This document shows positions 19,947 to 29,032 of a DNA stretch of 64,000 nucleotides, one piece after another; the stretch's first letter is position 1; every line of letters begins with the position of its first letter. A program made the translations under genes and the position numbers. The DNA comes from an uncultured Roseibacillus sp. Its GTDB lineage: Bacteria > Verrucomicrobiota > Verrucomicrobiia > Verrucomicrobiales > Akkermansiaceae. The notes under the pieces were generated by a model. It saw only the letters and a list, made by a program, of their open reading frames with translations. It was not told the origin of the DNA and searched no databases. The stretch lies in the NCBI GenBank assembly GCA_964529725.1, contig CAZGXV010000001.1, positions 106,458 through 170,457 on the forward strand, read 5' to 3'.

Positions 19947-22900
19947 ATGGCAAAAGTGCGTATCCTTGGTGTGCTCCTACTCGTAGCGATCCTCCTCATC
20001 ACCTGGAGAGTCAACAGAGTTCAAAAGGAAGCAGCCGAAACAACTCCGACGCCTAGCCGGATTACCTCTTCCCAATCGACCGGGCTGAAATCTCCTTCGC
20101 GGGCGGAGACCTCGACTGCCGCAAACACAAAGCAAGGCCCTGGCGGCACCACTGAGAAACTCGTTCTCACTCCACCCGACCTCGAGCCCTTGCTTGCCGC
20201 TGCGCGAGAGCGTGACAGCAGAAAGCTTCCCTTTCGCTTCGCGGCCCCCTTGCCTATCAACAAAAGCAGTGCCCTGCTCGCGCCTTGGAAAGTGGAAAAC
20301 GAGGTTGCCACTTGGAGCTTGGAAATCCACGCGCCCGATGCCCTCAGTCTCAACTTTGCCTTCGACCAATTCCACATGCCACCGGGAGGTTCGCTTTCCC
20401 TCACCGCGCCTGGTTCACCTGATGTCATCTCCTTCACCTCGCGCGACAATGACGACCATGGCGAGCTTTGGACCCCATTGTTCACAGGAGATACAGTCAG
20501 ACTCACGGCCTCTGTTCCTCAGTCCTTGCTGTCGGAACTCCGGCTCAGCTTAGCGGCGGTCAACTATGGATTTCGCAACAAAACAAAATCCAAAATCGGT
20601 GGCGACACCTCCGGCAGCTGCAACGTGGATGTGGCCTGTGACTTGAATGGGATCGTCGATGCTTATCGAGACCAGATCCGTTCCGTGGGAGCCTACACCT
20701 TGAGCGGAATCGATACTTGTAGCGGTGCTCTCATCAATAACACTGCCGAGGACACACGCCCCTTCTTCCTGACCGCTAATCATTGCGGAATTAACTCGTC
20801 CAATGATGCTTCCATAGTTGTTTACTGGAACTTTGAAAATTCGACCTGTCGCACACCGGGCTCGAGTAACAGCGGCGGAGTGGGTGATGGCGATCTGACT
20901 GTTTTCAATTCTGGTTCCACCCTACGAGCCAATTTAGCCAGTTCTGATTTTTGTCTAATCGAGCTCGACGATCCCGTGAATCCCGATTCCGAGGCCTTCT
21001 TTGCTGGCTGGGACCGCTCATCGGGTGCCCCCAACATGGCGGTGGGCATTCACCATCCGGCAGTTGCGGAAAAACGGATTTCGTTCGAATTCGATCCACT
21101 GTCGCTCACCAACTATTTCGGCACTTCAGTGACCTCATCGGGCACCCACCTCCGTGTGGCGGATTGGGACAATGGCACCACCGAGGGAGGTTCCTCGGGT
21201 TCTCCGCTTTTTAATGCCGAAGGTCAAATCGTGGGGCAGCTCCATGGAGGCAACGCCGCCTGTGGCAATAATGAAGATGACTGGTATGGACGCGTCTTTC
21301 GCTCTTGGACAGGCGGCAACTCGAATGCAACGCGCCTCTCTAACTGGCTGGCACCCGGAGGCTCGGCTCCGCAATCTCTCGAGGGCATCGAGCTTGATAT
21401 CCAGCTACGAGTCGAAGACGTGGCCGTTGCGGAAGGTGACAGCGGTTCACAAACCGTCAGTATCACTGTTGAACTCGCATCGGAAACCGACGAACCCGTG
21501 ACTTTTACCCTCGCTCCGAATGGCGGCACCGCTTCTGCTGGCACCGATTACGAAGACCCCGGTGGGCAGACCTTCACCATCAGCCCACCCCTGACTTCCG
21601 CGACCGCGACCTTCACCGTCAATGGCGACATGGACCCCGAAGAAAACGAAACTGTTCTCTTCTCGTTCAGTAATCTTTCGGGAGCCACCGCACCGTCAAC
21701 ACCAGTCACGGTGGTCATTACCAACGATGACTTCATCACCCCGGTCATCACGAGCAATCTCTCTCTCAACGGAGATGAGGGCAGCCTTTTTGGCTATCAG
21801 ATTGAAGCCGACAACACCCCAACGACTTATGAGCTCTCTGGGGCTCCTAGCGGAATGGTAGTCGATAGCGCCAGTGGTTTCGTCTCTTGGCAAAGCCCTC
21901 AAGGCGGGGTCTATAGCTTCACTATTTCGGCAGGCAATCCTGCTGGAACGACTGAAAGCGTCGTAGAACTCACCATAAATTTAAGCCCTCTCAAGCCCGC
22001 CTTCGAGGTACCCAGCTCAGTTGGCCTTGGCGGCGACGTGGCGAGCTGGAGCATTACAACGAGCAACACCTTCGACGGCGAAGACGCGCTTGAACTCACA
22101 GACGCTTCCAATTCTACCAACACCAGACTCACCCTCACTGTGACCGGTCCAGACGCACTCACCTTCTGGTGGAAATGCTCTACCGAATACCTTTTCGATG
22201 TTTTCTCTCTTTCGCTCGACGGCAACGTGGCCTTTGCCATCAGCGGCGAAACTGACTGGCATTCTGAGACCGTTCTCATCCCAGCGGGAGAACACTCTCT
22301 CGAGTTCAGTTACCAGCGGGACAATGGCGTTGACGGTGGCTCGAACACAGTAGCTCTTGATCGTTTCACCCTGAATTCCTTATCAGAGCCAGCCTTTAGT
22401 AAGACCTCGCCTATCTTCGTCCCAAACAGACAAGAAGTCTCAATTCAACTGCCGACCAACTACGAGAATTCTGGTATCACAACTGATGCCCTTCCAACCG
22501 ATTGGGAGTTGCTTTCTGGTGGCCATCTCACAGGCACCGTTGCCAGCAGCTTTTCGGTAACCGCCACGGCTGAGAATGCACAAGGAAGCACCACCCGTGA
22601 GTTTCAGTTGACCCCGTTCTCCCCCTCCCGTTCGCTCTCAACAGCAGTGGATTTTGCTGACTTGCCCCTACGCACATCGACACCAGCCTTTTTCGTCCAA
22701 TCTTCGGTCCGCTCCAATGGTACTACCGCAGCACGCAGTGCCAATATTGGCGACGATGACCGCAGCCAGATGACCGCAAGCGTAGTGGGCCCAGGCACCC
22801 TTCGCTTTCAGTGGCGAGTGTCCACAGAGGAAGGGTTTGACTATGCTTATACTCTTCTGAACGGGAAGCAGGTGGCAGTATCCTCCGGCGACAACACCAG

Positions 22901-23381
22901 CTTCACCGAGGTGGTGGTGCCTCTTGCCTATGGCCTCAATGAAATCACATGGCTCTATGTGAAGGACGAGACTGTCGATGAAAACCTCGATGCCATTTTC
23001 GTGGATAACATTAGACTCGAAGGCTACGCCCAATGGGTCTTCGACAACGACAGTTCGCCCTTCGCACTCGCTCCTGGCTCCGGTATCGACGGCGACATCA
23101 ATCCATCTTTGTTGGAATATGCGGTCGGTCTCGACCCGACCATCCCGGAACCACCCTACCTCTTAGAAATGAGCAGAAACACTGGCAGTCTTGTTCTTTC
23201 CACCACGCTCAATCCCTCGGCCCGCGATATCACTCTCAGTATCGAAAAGTCGACAAGCTTGCTGCCGGGAGCATGGTTCACGATAGCCTCGGACGCAGCA
23301 CCCTTTGCAACATCTCTTTCGGAGCAAGACACTTCTGACGACGAGAAAGCGTTTTATCGTTTGCACGTCACCTCTCCCTGA
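19947..23381 (+). CDS. Modular secreted serine protease (lysyl endopeptidase/Achromobacter protease I-like) with Calx-beta, Ig-like, two beta-sandwich repeats and a C-terminal F[YF]RL domain
   Basis: Triad FLTANHC / SDFCLIEL / TTEGGSSGSPLF, GQLHGG..AC; VAVAEGDSG...SAGTDY...GD.DPEENET Calx-beta; C-terminal AFYRLHV. Confidence 0.88.
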   Translation: MAKVRILGVLLLVAILLITWRVNRVQKEAAETTPTPSRITSSQSTGLKSPSRAETSTAANTKQGPGGTTEKLVLTPPDLEPLLAAARERDSRKLPFRFAAPLPINKSSALLAPWKVENEVATWSLEIHAPDALSLNFAFDQFHMPPGGSLSLTAPGSPDVISFTSRDNDDHGELWTPLFTGDTVRLTASVPQSLLSELRLSLAAVNYGFRNKTKSKIGGDTSGSCNVDVACDLNGIVDAYRDQIRSVGAYTLSGIDTCSGALINNTAEDTRPFFLTANHCGINSSNDASIVVYWNFENSTCRTPGSSNSGGVGDGDLTVFNSGSTLRANLASSDFCLIELDDPVNPDSEAFFAGWDRSSGAPNMAVGIHHPAVAEKRISFEFDPLSLTNYFGTSVTSSGTHLRVADWDNGTTEGGSSGSPLFNAEGQIVGQLHGGNAACGNNEDDWYGRVFRSWTGGNSNATRLSNWLAPGGSAPQSLEGIELDIQLRVEDVAVAEGDSGSQTVSITVELASETDEPVTFTLAPNGGTASAGTDYEDPGGQTFTISPPLTSATATFTVNGDMDPEENETVLFSFSNLSGATAPSTPVTVVITNDDFITPVITSNLSLNGDEGSLFGYQIEADNTPTTYELSGAPSGMVVDSASGFVSWQSPQGGVYSFTISAGNPAGTTESVVELTINLSPLKPAFEVPSSVGLGGDVASWSITTSNTFDGEDALELTDASNSTNTRLTLTVTGPDALTFWWKCSTEYLFDVFSLSLDGNVAFAISGETDWHSETVLIPAGEHSLEFSYQRDNGVDGGSNTVALDRFTLNSLSEPAFSKTSPIFVPNRQEVSIQLPTNYENSGITTDALPTDWELLSGGHLTGTVASSFSVTATAENAQGSTTREFQLTPFSPSRSLSTAVDFADLPLRTSTPAFFVQSSVRSNGTTAARSANIGDDDRSQMTASVVGPGTLRFQWRVSTEEGFDYAYTLLNGKQVAVSSGDNTSFTEVVVPLAYGLNEITWLYVKDETVDENLDAIFVDNIRLEGYAQWVFDNDSSPFALAPGSGIDGDINPSLLEYAVGLDPTIPEPPYLLEMSRNTGSLVLSTTLNPSARDITLSIEKSTSLLPGAWFTIASDAAPFATSLSEQDTSDDEKAFYRLHVTSP

Positions 23382-23418
23382 GATTGACTTTTCACCAAAT
23401 TGTAGCAAGCTGTTGCTA

Positions 23419-23823
23419 GTGTTCCGGCAGTTGTCATCGCTCATTCTCATTTCCTTCCTGACCGTTTTGGTAGGAGCGAAGGACTTGGCACTGGGCTTCT
23501 GTCTTTGCAACGAAACCCTATTTATCGGCAAAGACCCATGTGCCCAGTTGGAAGAATCGGAAGCTTGCTGTCCATCCTGTGGCGAAGAGCAGAAACCCTG
23601 TGATGACTGCGTGGTCCCGATCACTCTCGAAGTCTCCGATTACCTGTGGACCGCCGATTCTTATTCGACTCAAGCTCCGGTCGATCCGGTAGCTGCCGAG
23701 AGCAAATTGAACAGTTGCTTTTTCAAGGTTGCGCCTCGGCAAGTCACTTTTCCTCCGGCCTTCGAGCCTCCCCCTCCTCTCGGACGTTGCCTTCTCTATC
23801 AGCAACGCCGCCTCCTTCTTTGA
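23419..23823 (+). CDS. Small exported Cys-rich protein (10 Cys) with C-terminal polyproline tract; putative leader of the ABC exporter operon
   Basis: GTG start gives MFRQLSSLILISFLTVLVGA (signal-like); FCLC, CCPSC, CDDC; ends FPPAFEPPPPLGRCLLYQQRRLLL. Confidence 0.7.
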   Translation: MFRQLSSLILISFLTVLVGAKDLALGFCLCNETLFIGKDPCAQLEESEACCPSCGEEQKPCDDCVVPITLEVSDYLWTADSYSTQAPVDPVAAESKLNSCFFKVAPRQVTFPPAFEPPPPLGRCLLYQQRRLLL

Positions 23824-23928
23824 TTTCTGGGAACCGCTCGCTTTCGTCGGGCGTCGAATCACTTGCTTGCCCGCTGATGCTCACCGCTCAGCCAAGCTCT
23901 CCTCTTTCCAAGAATTCAAAGAATCAAA

Positions 23929-25329
23929 ATGTCTCTCACCACTCTCACTCAATCAGGATCTCCTACTGCAGAACCGACGCGAAGGCGAGGCTTGCCCGGC
24001 TGGCTTCTGCCGGTAGGCCTCATGCTCGGCTTTGCTGCCATCTTCGCCGTTCTCTTCGGCGAACGACTGCTTCCGACTCTCGAGGTCCGCACCTCCCAGG
24101 TTGTCACTCTTCGCGGGACCGCCTCTTCCGCCGACGTCTCGCGACCATCCGGAAGCCTCCTCTTTCAAGCCTCCGGTTGGTTGGAACCTGACCCCTACGC
24201 TATCCATGTCCCCGCGCTGGTCAACGGGGTGGTTGCGGAAGTTCATGTCTTGGAAGGAGAACTCGTTCGAGAAGGTGACCTCCTCGCCACCTTGGTCGAT
24301 GACGAGGCCAAGCTCACCTTGCAACAGGCTGAACGCAATCTCACCACCATTCGCTCCCGCATCGCGGCCCACTGCTCCAGCGTGCCAGAAATCAAGGCTC
24401 GTATCGAAACCGCCCGGGCCAAAGTGACTGCTGAGCAGGCACGGCTGGCCGAGCTTGAAGACACTGCCAACCGGCTCAAGACTCTTCCCGACGGTGCAGT
24501 CTCCACCTCGGAAGTCACTTCCGCCATGCTGCAAGTCAATCGTCAGCGGGCATTTTTAGCAGAAGCAGAAAGCGAAATTCCTCGTCTGGAGGCCCAGCTC
24601 AACACCATCGATTTCGAACGAGTGGCGATGGGCAACGGCTTCATTGAGGCCGAGAGTAGTCGGGATATAGCCAAACTTGCCCTAGAACGCCATCGCATCA
24701 CCGCTCCCATCGATGGCCGCATCATGCACCTTCATGCTCAACCCGGAAAGAAGCGCATGCTCGACATGGACGATCCCAAGTCGGCCCTGATCGTTGAACT
24801 CTATCGGCCTGACAAAATGCAGGCGCGCATCGATGTTCCTCTCAACGAAGCATCCGCATTGGCGGTGGGACAAGAGGTCAAACTCACCACCGACCTTCTC
24901 AACGACATTGAACTCTCCGGCCAGGTCACCCGTATCACTGGTGAGGCCGACATTGCTCGCAATACTCTCCAAGTGAAGGTCGCTATCGAGAATCCTGACG
25001 ATCGTCTTCGTCCCGAGATGTTGGTGCGCGCCAAGTTCTATCCTGCACCACTGGACGAGAACTCCGAAGCACCACCAGAAGGAGACGGTGCCGAACGTCT
25101 CCTGCTTTTTGCTGCCGAAGAGGCCTTTTTTCAAAAAACAGAAACCTCCGCACAAGTTTGGGTCGTGGACACCAACTCCCAGGCCGAACTCCGAACCATC
25201 TCTCTTGGCACTGCCTCCCGAGACAACTTCCGCGAAGTGCGCGCAGGCCTTCGCTCTGGCGAACAACTGATTCTTCCGCCCCATGCGGGCCTGAAAGCAG
25301 GAGCCCGGGTTACCACCAATTCTCTCTAA
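23929..25329 (+). CDS. Membrane fusion protein (HlyD/MacA-like periplasmic adaptor)
   Basis: N-terminal TM, ASGWLEP, VAEVHVLEGELVREGDLLA lipoyl half, coiled coil, ITAPIDGRI, LRPEML. Confidence 0.9.
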   Translation: MSLTTLTQSGSPTAEPTRRRGLPGWLLPVGLMLGFAAIFAVLFGERLLPTLEVRTSQVVTLRGTASSADVSRPSGSLLFQASGWLEPDPYAIHVPALVNGVVAEVHVLEGELVREGDLLATLVDDEAKLTLQQAERNLTTIRSRIAAHCSSVPEIKARIETARAKVTAEQARLAELEDTANRLKTLPDGAVSTSEVTSAMLQVNRQRAFLAEAESEIPRLEAQLNTIDFERVAMGNGFIEAESSRDIAKLALERHRITAPIDGRIMHLHAQPGKKRMLDMDDPKSALIVELYRPDKMQARIDVPLNEASALAVGQEVKLTTDLLNDIELSGQVTRITGEADIARNTLQVKVAIENPDDRLRPEMLVRAKFYPAPLDENSEAPPEGDGAERLLLFAAEEAFFQKTETSAQVWVVDTNSQAELRTISLGTASRDNFREVRAGLRSGEQLILPPHAGLKAGARVTTNSL

Positions 25330-25331
25330 CT

Positions 25332-26018
25332 ATGTCTGCCTTTATTGAAATCAAAGACCTTTCCAAATCCTATTCCAAAGGAAAGGTCACCATTACTCCT
25401 CTTGAGGGGCTCACCCTCGACGTCGAGAAGGGAGACTTTCTTGCGTTGATGGGTCCATCAGGTTCGGGGAAAACGACCCTCCTCAATCTCATCGCCGGCA
25501 TTGACTCACCTACTACGGGTACCCTCCGTATTGGCGGCAGCGACGTCGCTACTCTCTCTCGAGCCCAACTCGCCAAATGGCGTTCCGCCCATGTGGGATA
25601 TATTTTTCAGCTCTATCATCTCGTTCCTATCCTTTCTGCCTTTGAGAATGTCGAACTCCCGCTCCTTCTCACCAAACTCACCCGCGCGGAACGGCGCGAA
25701 AAGGTAAACTCCGCTCTCGAACTAGTTGGCCTCTCCGACCGCGCTAGCCACCGTCCCACCGAACTATCCGGTGGCCAGGAACAGCGGGTCGCCATTGCTC
25801 GCGCCATCGTCCACAATCCCGACCTGCTCGTTGCCGACGAACCGACTGGTGACCTCGACCGCGAATCCGCAGACTCCATTCTCGCTCTTCTCGCCAGCCT
25901 CGCTGATGACCATGGGAAAACAATCGTCATGGTCACCCACGATCCCAAAGCTGCTGCTGCCGCCAAACGCACGCTGCATCTCGAAAAAGGACAACTCGTC
26001 ACCGCCCTTGCCGTATGA
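25332..26018 (+). CDS. ABC transporter ATP-binding protein (LolD/MacB-type)
   Basis: GPSGSGKTT, LSGGQEQRVAIARA, ADEPTGDLD, MVTHD. Confidence 0.95.
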   Translation: MSAFIEIKDLSKSYSKGKVTITPLEGLTLDVEKGDFLALMGPSGSGKTTLLNLIAGIDSPTTGTLRIGGSDVATLSRAQLAKWRSAHVGYIFQLYHLVPILSAFENVELPLLLTKLTRAERREKVNSALELVGLSDRASHRPTELSGGQEQRVAIARAIVHNPDLLVADEPTGDLDRESADSILALLASLADDHGKTIVMVTHDPKAAAAAKRTLHLEKGQLVTALAV

Positions 26019-27151
26019 AACTCCTCGCCCTTGCGCTCAAGAACATCACGCGCCATCGCTTGCGCTCGCTGTTGACCATTCTTGGTGTTGCAGCCGGGAT
26101 GTTTCTCTTCAGTTCGGTAGAGACCATGCAACATTCGCTCGAGTCCTCCACGAAAGCGAGTGCCAACGAGACGACCTTGGTTGTCTTTCGCGAAAATCGC
26201 TTTTGTCCCTCGACCTCGCGCCTTCCCGAGCACTACGCCTCCACCATCAAAGACATCCCCGGCGTGCGCGAAGTCATTCCGATCCAAATCGCGGTCAACA
26301 ATTGTGGAGCCTCTCTTGATGTCATTACCTTCCGGGGAGTTCCGCCCGAAACGCTGAAGAGTTACACCGCAGACTTAGAGGTCATCAGCGGGTCCTTTGA
26401 TGATTTTCAAAATCAAACCGATGGGGCTCTTGTAGGCGAACACTTCGCACAGCGTCGTAGCCTGAAAGTCGGCGACACCTTCGAGGCGGTCGGAGTCAAG
26501 GTTGTGGTCAATGGCATCATTCGTTCCAGTTCGCCACAGGACAACAATGTGGCCTATGTCCACCTTCCCTTTCTTCAGCAAGCCTCGCGACTGGGTCTTG
26601 GCATTGTCACCCAGTTCAATGTCAAAGTGGAGTCAGCTGAGAAGTTAGAAGCGATTGCCGCGACCATCGACGAGACTTTTCAATCGGACCAGCAGCCGAC
26701 TCGCACCCGGCCTGAGCAGGCCTTCTTTGCCGAGACCGCAAAGCAAATGATTGAGCTCATTGGCTTCACGCGGTGGCTGGGACTTGGAGCTGTAGTTGCC
26801 GTTCTGGGCTTGCTCGCCAACGCGGTCTTGCTGGTCGTGCGCGGAAGAGTGAAGGAAACCGCTATCCTGCAAACGCTCGGGTTCAGTCGTCCAGCTATCG
26901 GCATCCTAGTCGGGATCGAAGGCATCCTCCTTGGTCTCGCGGGAGGCCTACTGGGCGTATTTTCCTCGGCCTTGTTTTTTCATTTCAAGAGCTTCACCCT
27001 CGGCAACGAAGGTCTCACCCTCGCTCTCCAAACCTCTCTCGACGTTCAGCTCAAGGGATTGTTGGTAGCCTTCCTGATGGGTTTTCTTGCTTCTCTCTTT
27101 CCTGCTTGGAAAGCCACTGCGCGACCTCTTGTTGACTCCTTAAATTCCTGA
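26015..27151 (+). CDS. MacB/FtsX-family ABC permease 1
   Basis: RSLLTILG TM1, large periplasmic loop containing RFCPSTS and NNCGASLD, RVKETAILQTLGF, three C-terminal TMs. ATGA overlap with the ATPase. Confidence 0.92.
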   Translation: MKLLALALKNITRHRLRSLLTILGVAAGMFLFSSVETMQHSLESSTKASANETTLVVFRENRFCPSTSRLPEHYASTIKDIPGVREVIPIQIAVNNCGASLDVITFRGVPPETLKSYTADLEVISGSFDDFQNQTDGALVGEHFAQRRSLKVGDTFEAVGVKVVVNGIIRSSSPQDNNVAYVHLPFLQQASRLGLGIVTQFNVKVESAEKLEAIAATIDETFQSDQQPTRTRPEQAFFAETAKQMIELIGFTRWLGLGAVVAVLGLLANAVLLVVRGRVKETAILQTLGFSRPAIGILVGIEGILLGLAGGLLGVFSSALFFHFKSFTLGNEGLTLALQTSLDVQLKGLLVAFLMGFLASLFPAWKATARPLVDSLNS

Positions 27152-27153
27152 AC

Positions 27154-28302
27154 ATGCTTCCTTTCACCTATGCTGTTAGAAACCTTTTGCGCGACCCCGG
27201 GCGTCTCGCGCAAACGGTCGGAGGCTCCGCTTTGGTGGTATTGCTTCTCATTGCGGCTGTCGCCTTCAACAATGGCATGGACGGTGTCCTCACCTCCTCG
27301 GGCTCGCCGAAAAACGTCATGCTGGTGAGCAAAGGATCGGAGGAATCAATTGAACGCTCGGAGGTCCCCCTGTCTTCGGAATCCGCAGTAGCCACCTCCG
27401 TGCGTGGTCTTTCCGAGACGCTGGGGCAGCCAGCAGTCTCTGGCGAGATTGTCTATCAGGCTCCTCTCACTATGCCTTCCGGGCATCAGGCCCAAGCTTA
27501 CTATCGTGGCGTTCTCCCTGCCAGCCTTCTCGTCCGTCCCGAGGTGCGCCTTCTCTCCGGACACTTCCCCGGCCCCGGCGAAGTGATGGTGGGCCGACTG
27601 ACCCATCGGGCTCTGGGCGTCCAAGAAGATGAACTCGCTACCGGCACCTCACTCACCTTCGAGGACCAGTCGTTTACAATTTCGGGAACTTTTGCCGCAC
27701 CCGGGACAGTTCTTGAATCCGAAATCTGGCTCGACCGAAACGACCTAGCGACCGTCACGCAACGGGACAGCCTTTCCACCGTTTTAGTGCGACTCGACAG
27801 TGCCGAGACCGAAGACCTCGAGGTCTTTGCCCTGCAGCGCAACGACCTTGAACTCGCGGCCATTCGCGAAGATCGCTATTTCGAAAAGCTGGCCCAGTTC
27901 TATGGTCCCATCAAAATCATGACTTGGCTCACTGCCGGACTCGTTGCTGCCGGTGCCATCTTCGGCGGGCTCAATACTCTCTATGCAGCCTTCGCTTCCC
28001 GCATTCGCGAGATGGCAACTCTGCAGGCGATTGGGTTCAATCGTAAGGCGCTCTTGGTGTCCCTTTTGCAAGAGTCTTTGCTTGCCACCTTAGCCGGAAC
28101 GCTCATCGCCTTTCTGGTGGCCTACTTCCTCCTGGAAGGCCGTACGGTCTCCTTATCCGTGGGCACCTTTTCGTTGGCCCTTACCCCGACTGTCATTTTG
28201 GTGGGACTCGCCACTGGAGTTCTTCTGGGCACAGTCGGCACCCTTCCACCCGCCTTTCGCACTCTCGCCCCTTCCTTGCCAAAAGCACTTCGCTCGCAAT
28301 AA
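27154..28302 (+). CDS. MacB/FtsX-family ABC permease 2
   Basis: YAVRNL, TM1, periplasmic domain, RIREMATLQAIGF, three C-terminal TMs. Confidence 0.92.
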   Translation: MLPFTYAVRNLLRDPGRLAQTVGGSALVVLLLIAAVAFNNGMDGVLTSSGSPKNVMLVSKGSEESIERSEVPLSSESAVATSVRGLSETLGQPAVSGEIVYQAPLTMPSGHQAQAYYRGVLPASLLVRPEVRLLSGHFPGPGEVMVGRLTHRALGVQEDELATGTSLTFEDQSFTISGTFAAPGTVLESEIWLDRNDLATVTQRDSLSTVLVRLDSAETEDLEVFALQRNDLELAAIREDRYFEKLAQFYGPIKIMTWLTAGLVAAGAIFGGLNTLYAAFASRIREMATLQAIGFNRKALLVSLLQESLLATLAGTLIAFLVAYFLLEGRTVSLSVGTFSLALTPTVILVGLATGVLLGTVGTLPPAFRTLAPSLPKALRSQ

Positions 28303-28330
28303 TTCTCAAACAACCATCGTAAACCTCCTT

Positions 28331-28882
28331 ATGAAACAAACTCCAATCCTCCTCATCCTGAGTTCCTTCTGGCTTTTCAGCTCCTGTCAAAACGAAGAAA
28401 AGACCGCCCAGTCTCCATCAGAGGGCAATGCACTCGAAACTGTCCTTCTCAGCGAAAAACCAAGCGACGCTCTTTCGGTCGCAGACGCCTTTGCCAATCC
28501 TACTCCGGGAACAGCCGTCACCATCACTGGCGAAGTGATGGGTCGGATGGAACCTTTTATCGAGAACCGAGCTATGCTCGTGCTGGGTGATCCTACCAAA
28601 ATCACCCCTTGCAATCGCAACCATGACGACGGTTGCCAAACTCCTTGGGACGTTTGTTGTGACGACCCTGAAGTCATCAAAATATCTGTCGCTACCATTC
28701 AAATCCTTGGCGAGGACGGTCGCCCTCTCAAGCAAGGCCTCAAAGGCTTAGGTGGCATCCAAGAACTGACCACTCTCACCGTGGTCGGCGAAGTGGCAGA
28801 AGGCTCCAATGCCGAAAATCTGCTCATCAATGCCAGCGGGATTCATGTTGGAGAAACCGACCCCTTCATGGCGCAAAAATAA
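28331..28882 (+). CDS. Lipoprotein with C-x7-C-x5-CC (PWDVCC) motif, possibly OB-fold-like
   Basis: Lipobox LFSSC; PCNRNHDDGCQTPWDVCCDDP; 28 bp downstream of permease 2. Confidence 0.8.
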   Translation: MKQTPILLILSSFWLFSSCQNEEKTAQSPSEGNALETVLLSEKPSDALSVADAFANPTPGTAVTITGEVMGRMEPFIENRAMLVLGDPTKITPCNRNHDDGCQTPWDVCCDDPEVIKISVATIQILGEDGRPLKQGLKGLGGIQELTTLTVVGEVAEGSNAENLLINASGIHVGETDPFMAQK

Positions 28883-29032
28883 CCTCTCGTTTTCTAACAG
28901 AAGGAATCAGCCAATCCTTCTCGTGCATCCATGAAACACTGAACGAGAGCTTGCCCCTTGTTTCCGTGACAACGAAACCGCCGATTCCCTTGCTGTCCTC
29001 TCTCTCTATTCCTAACTTGTGAGACTATTCTC

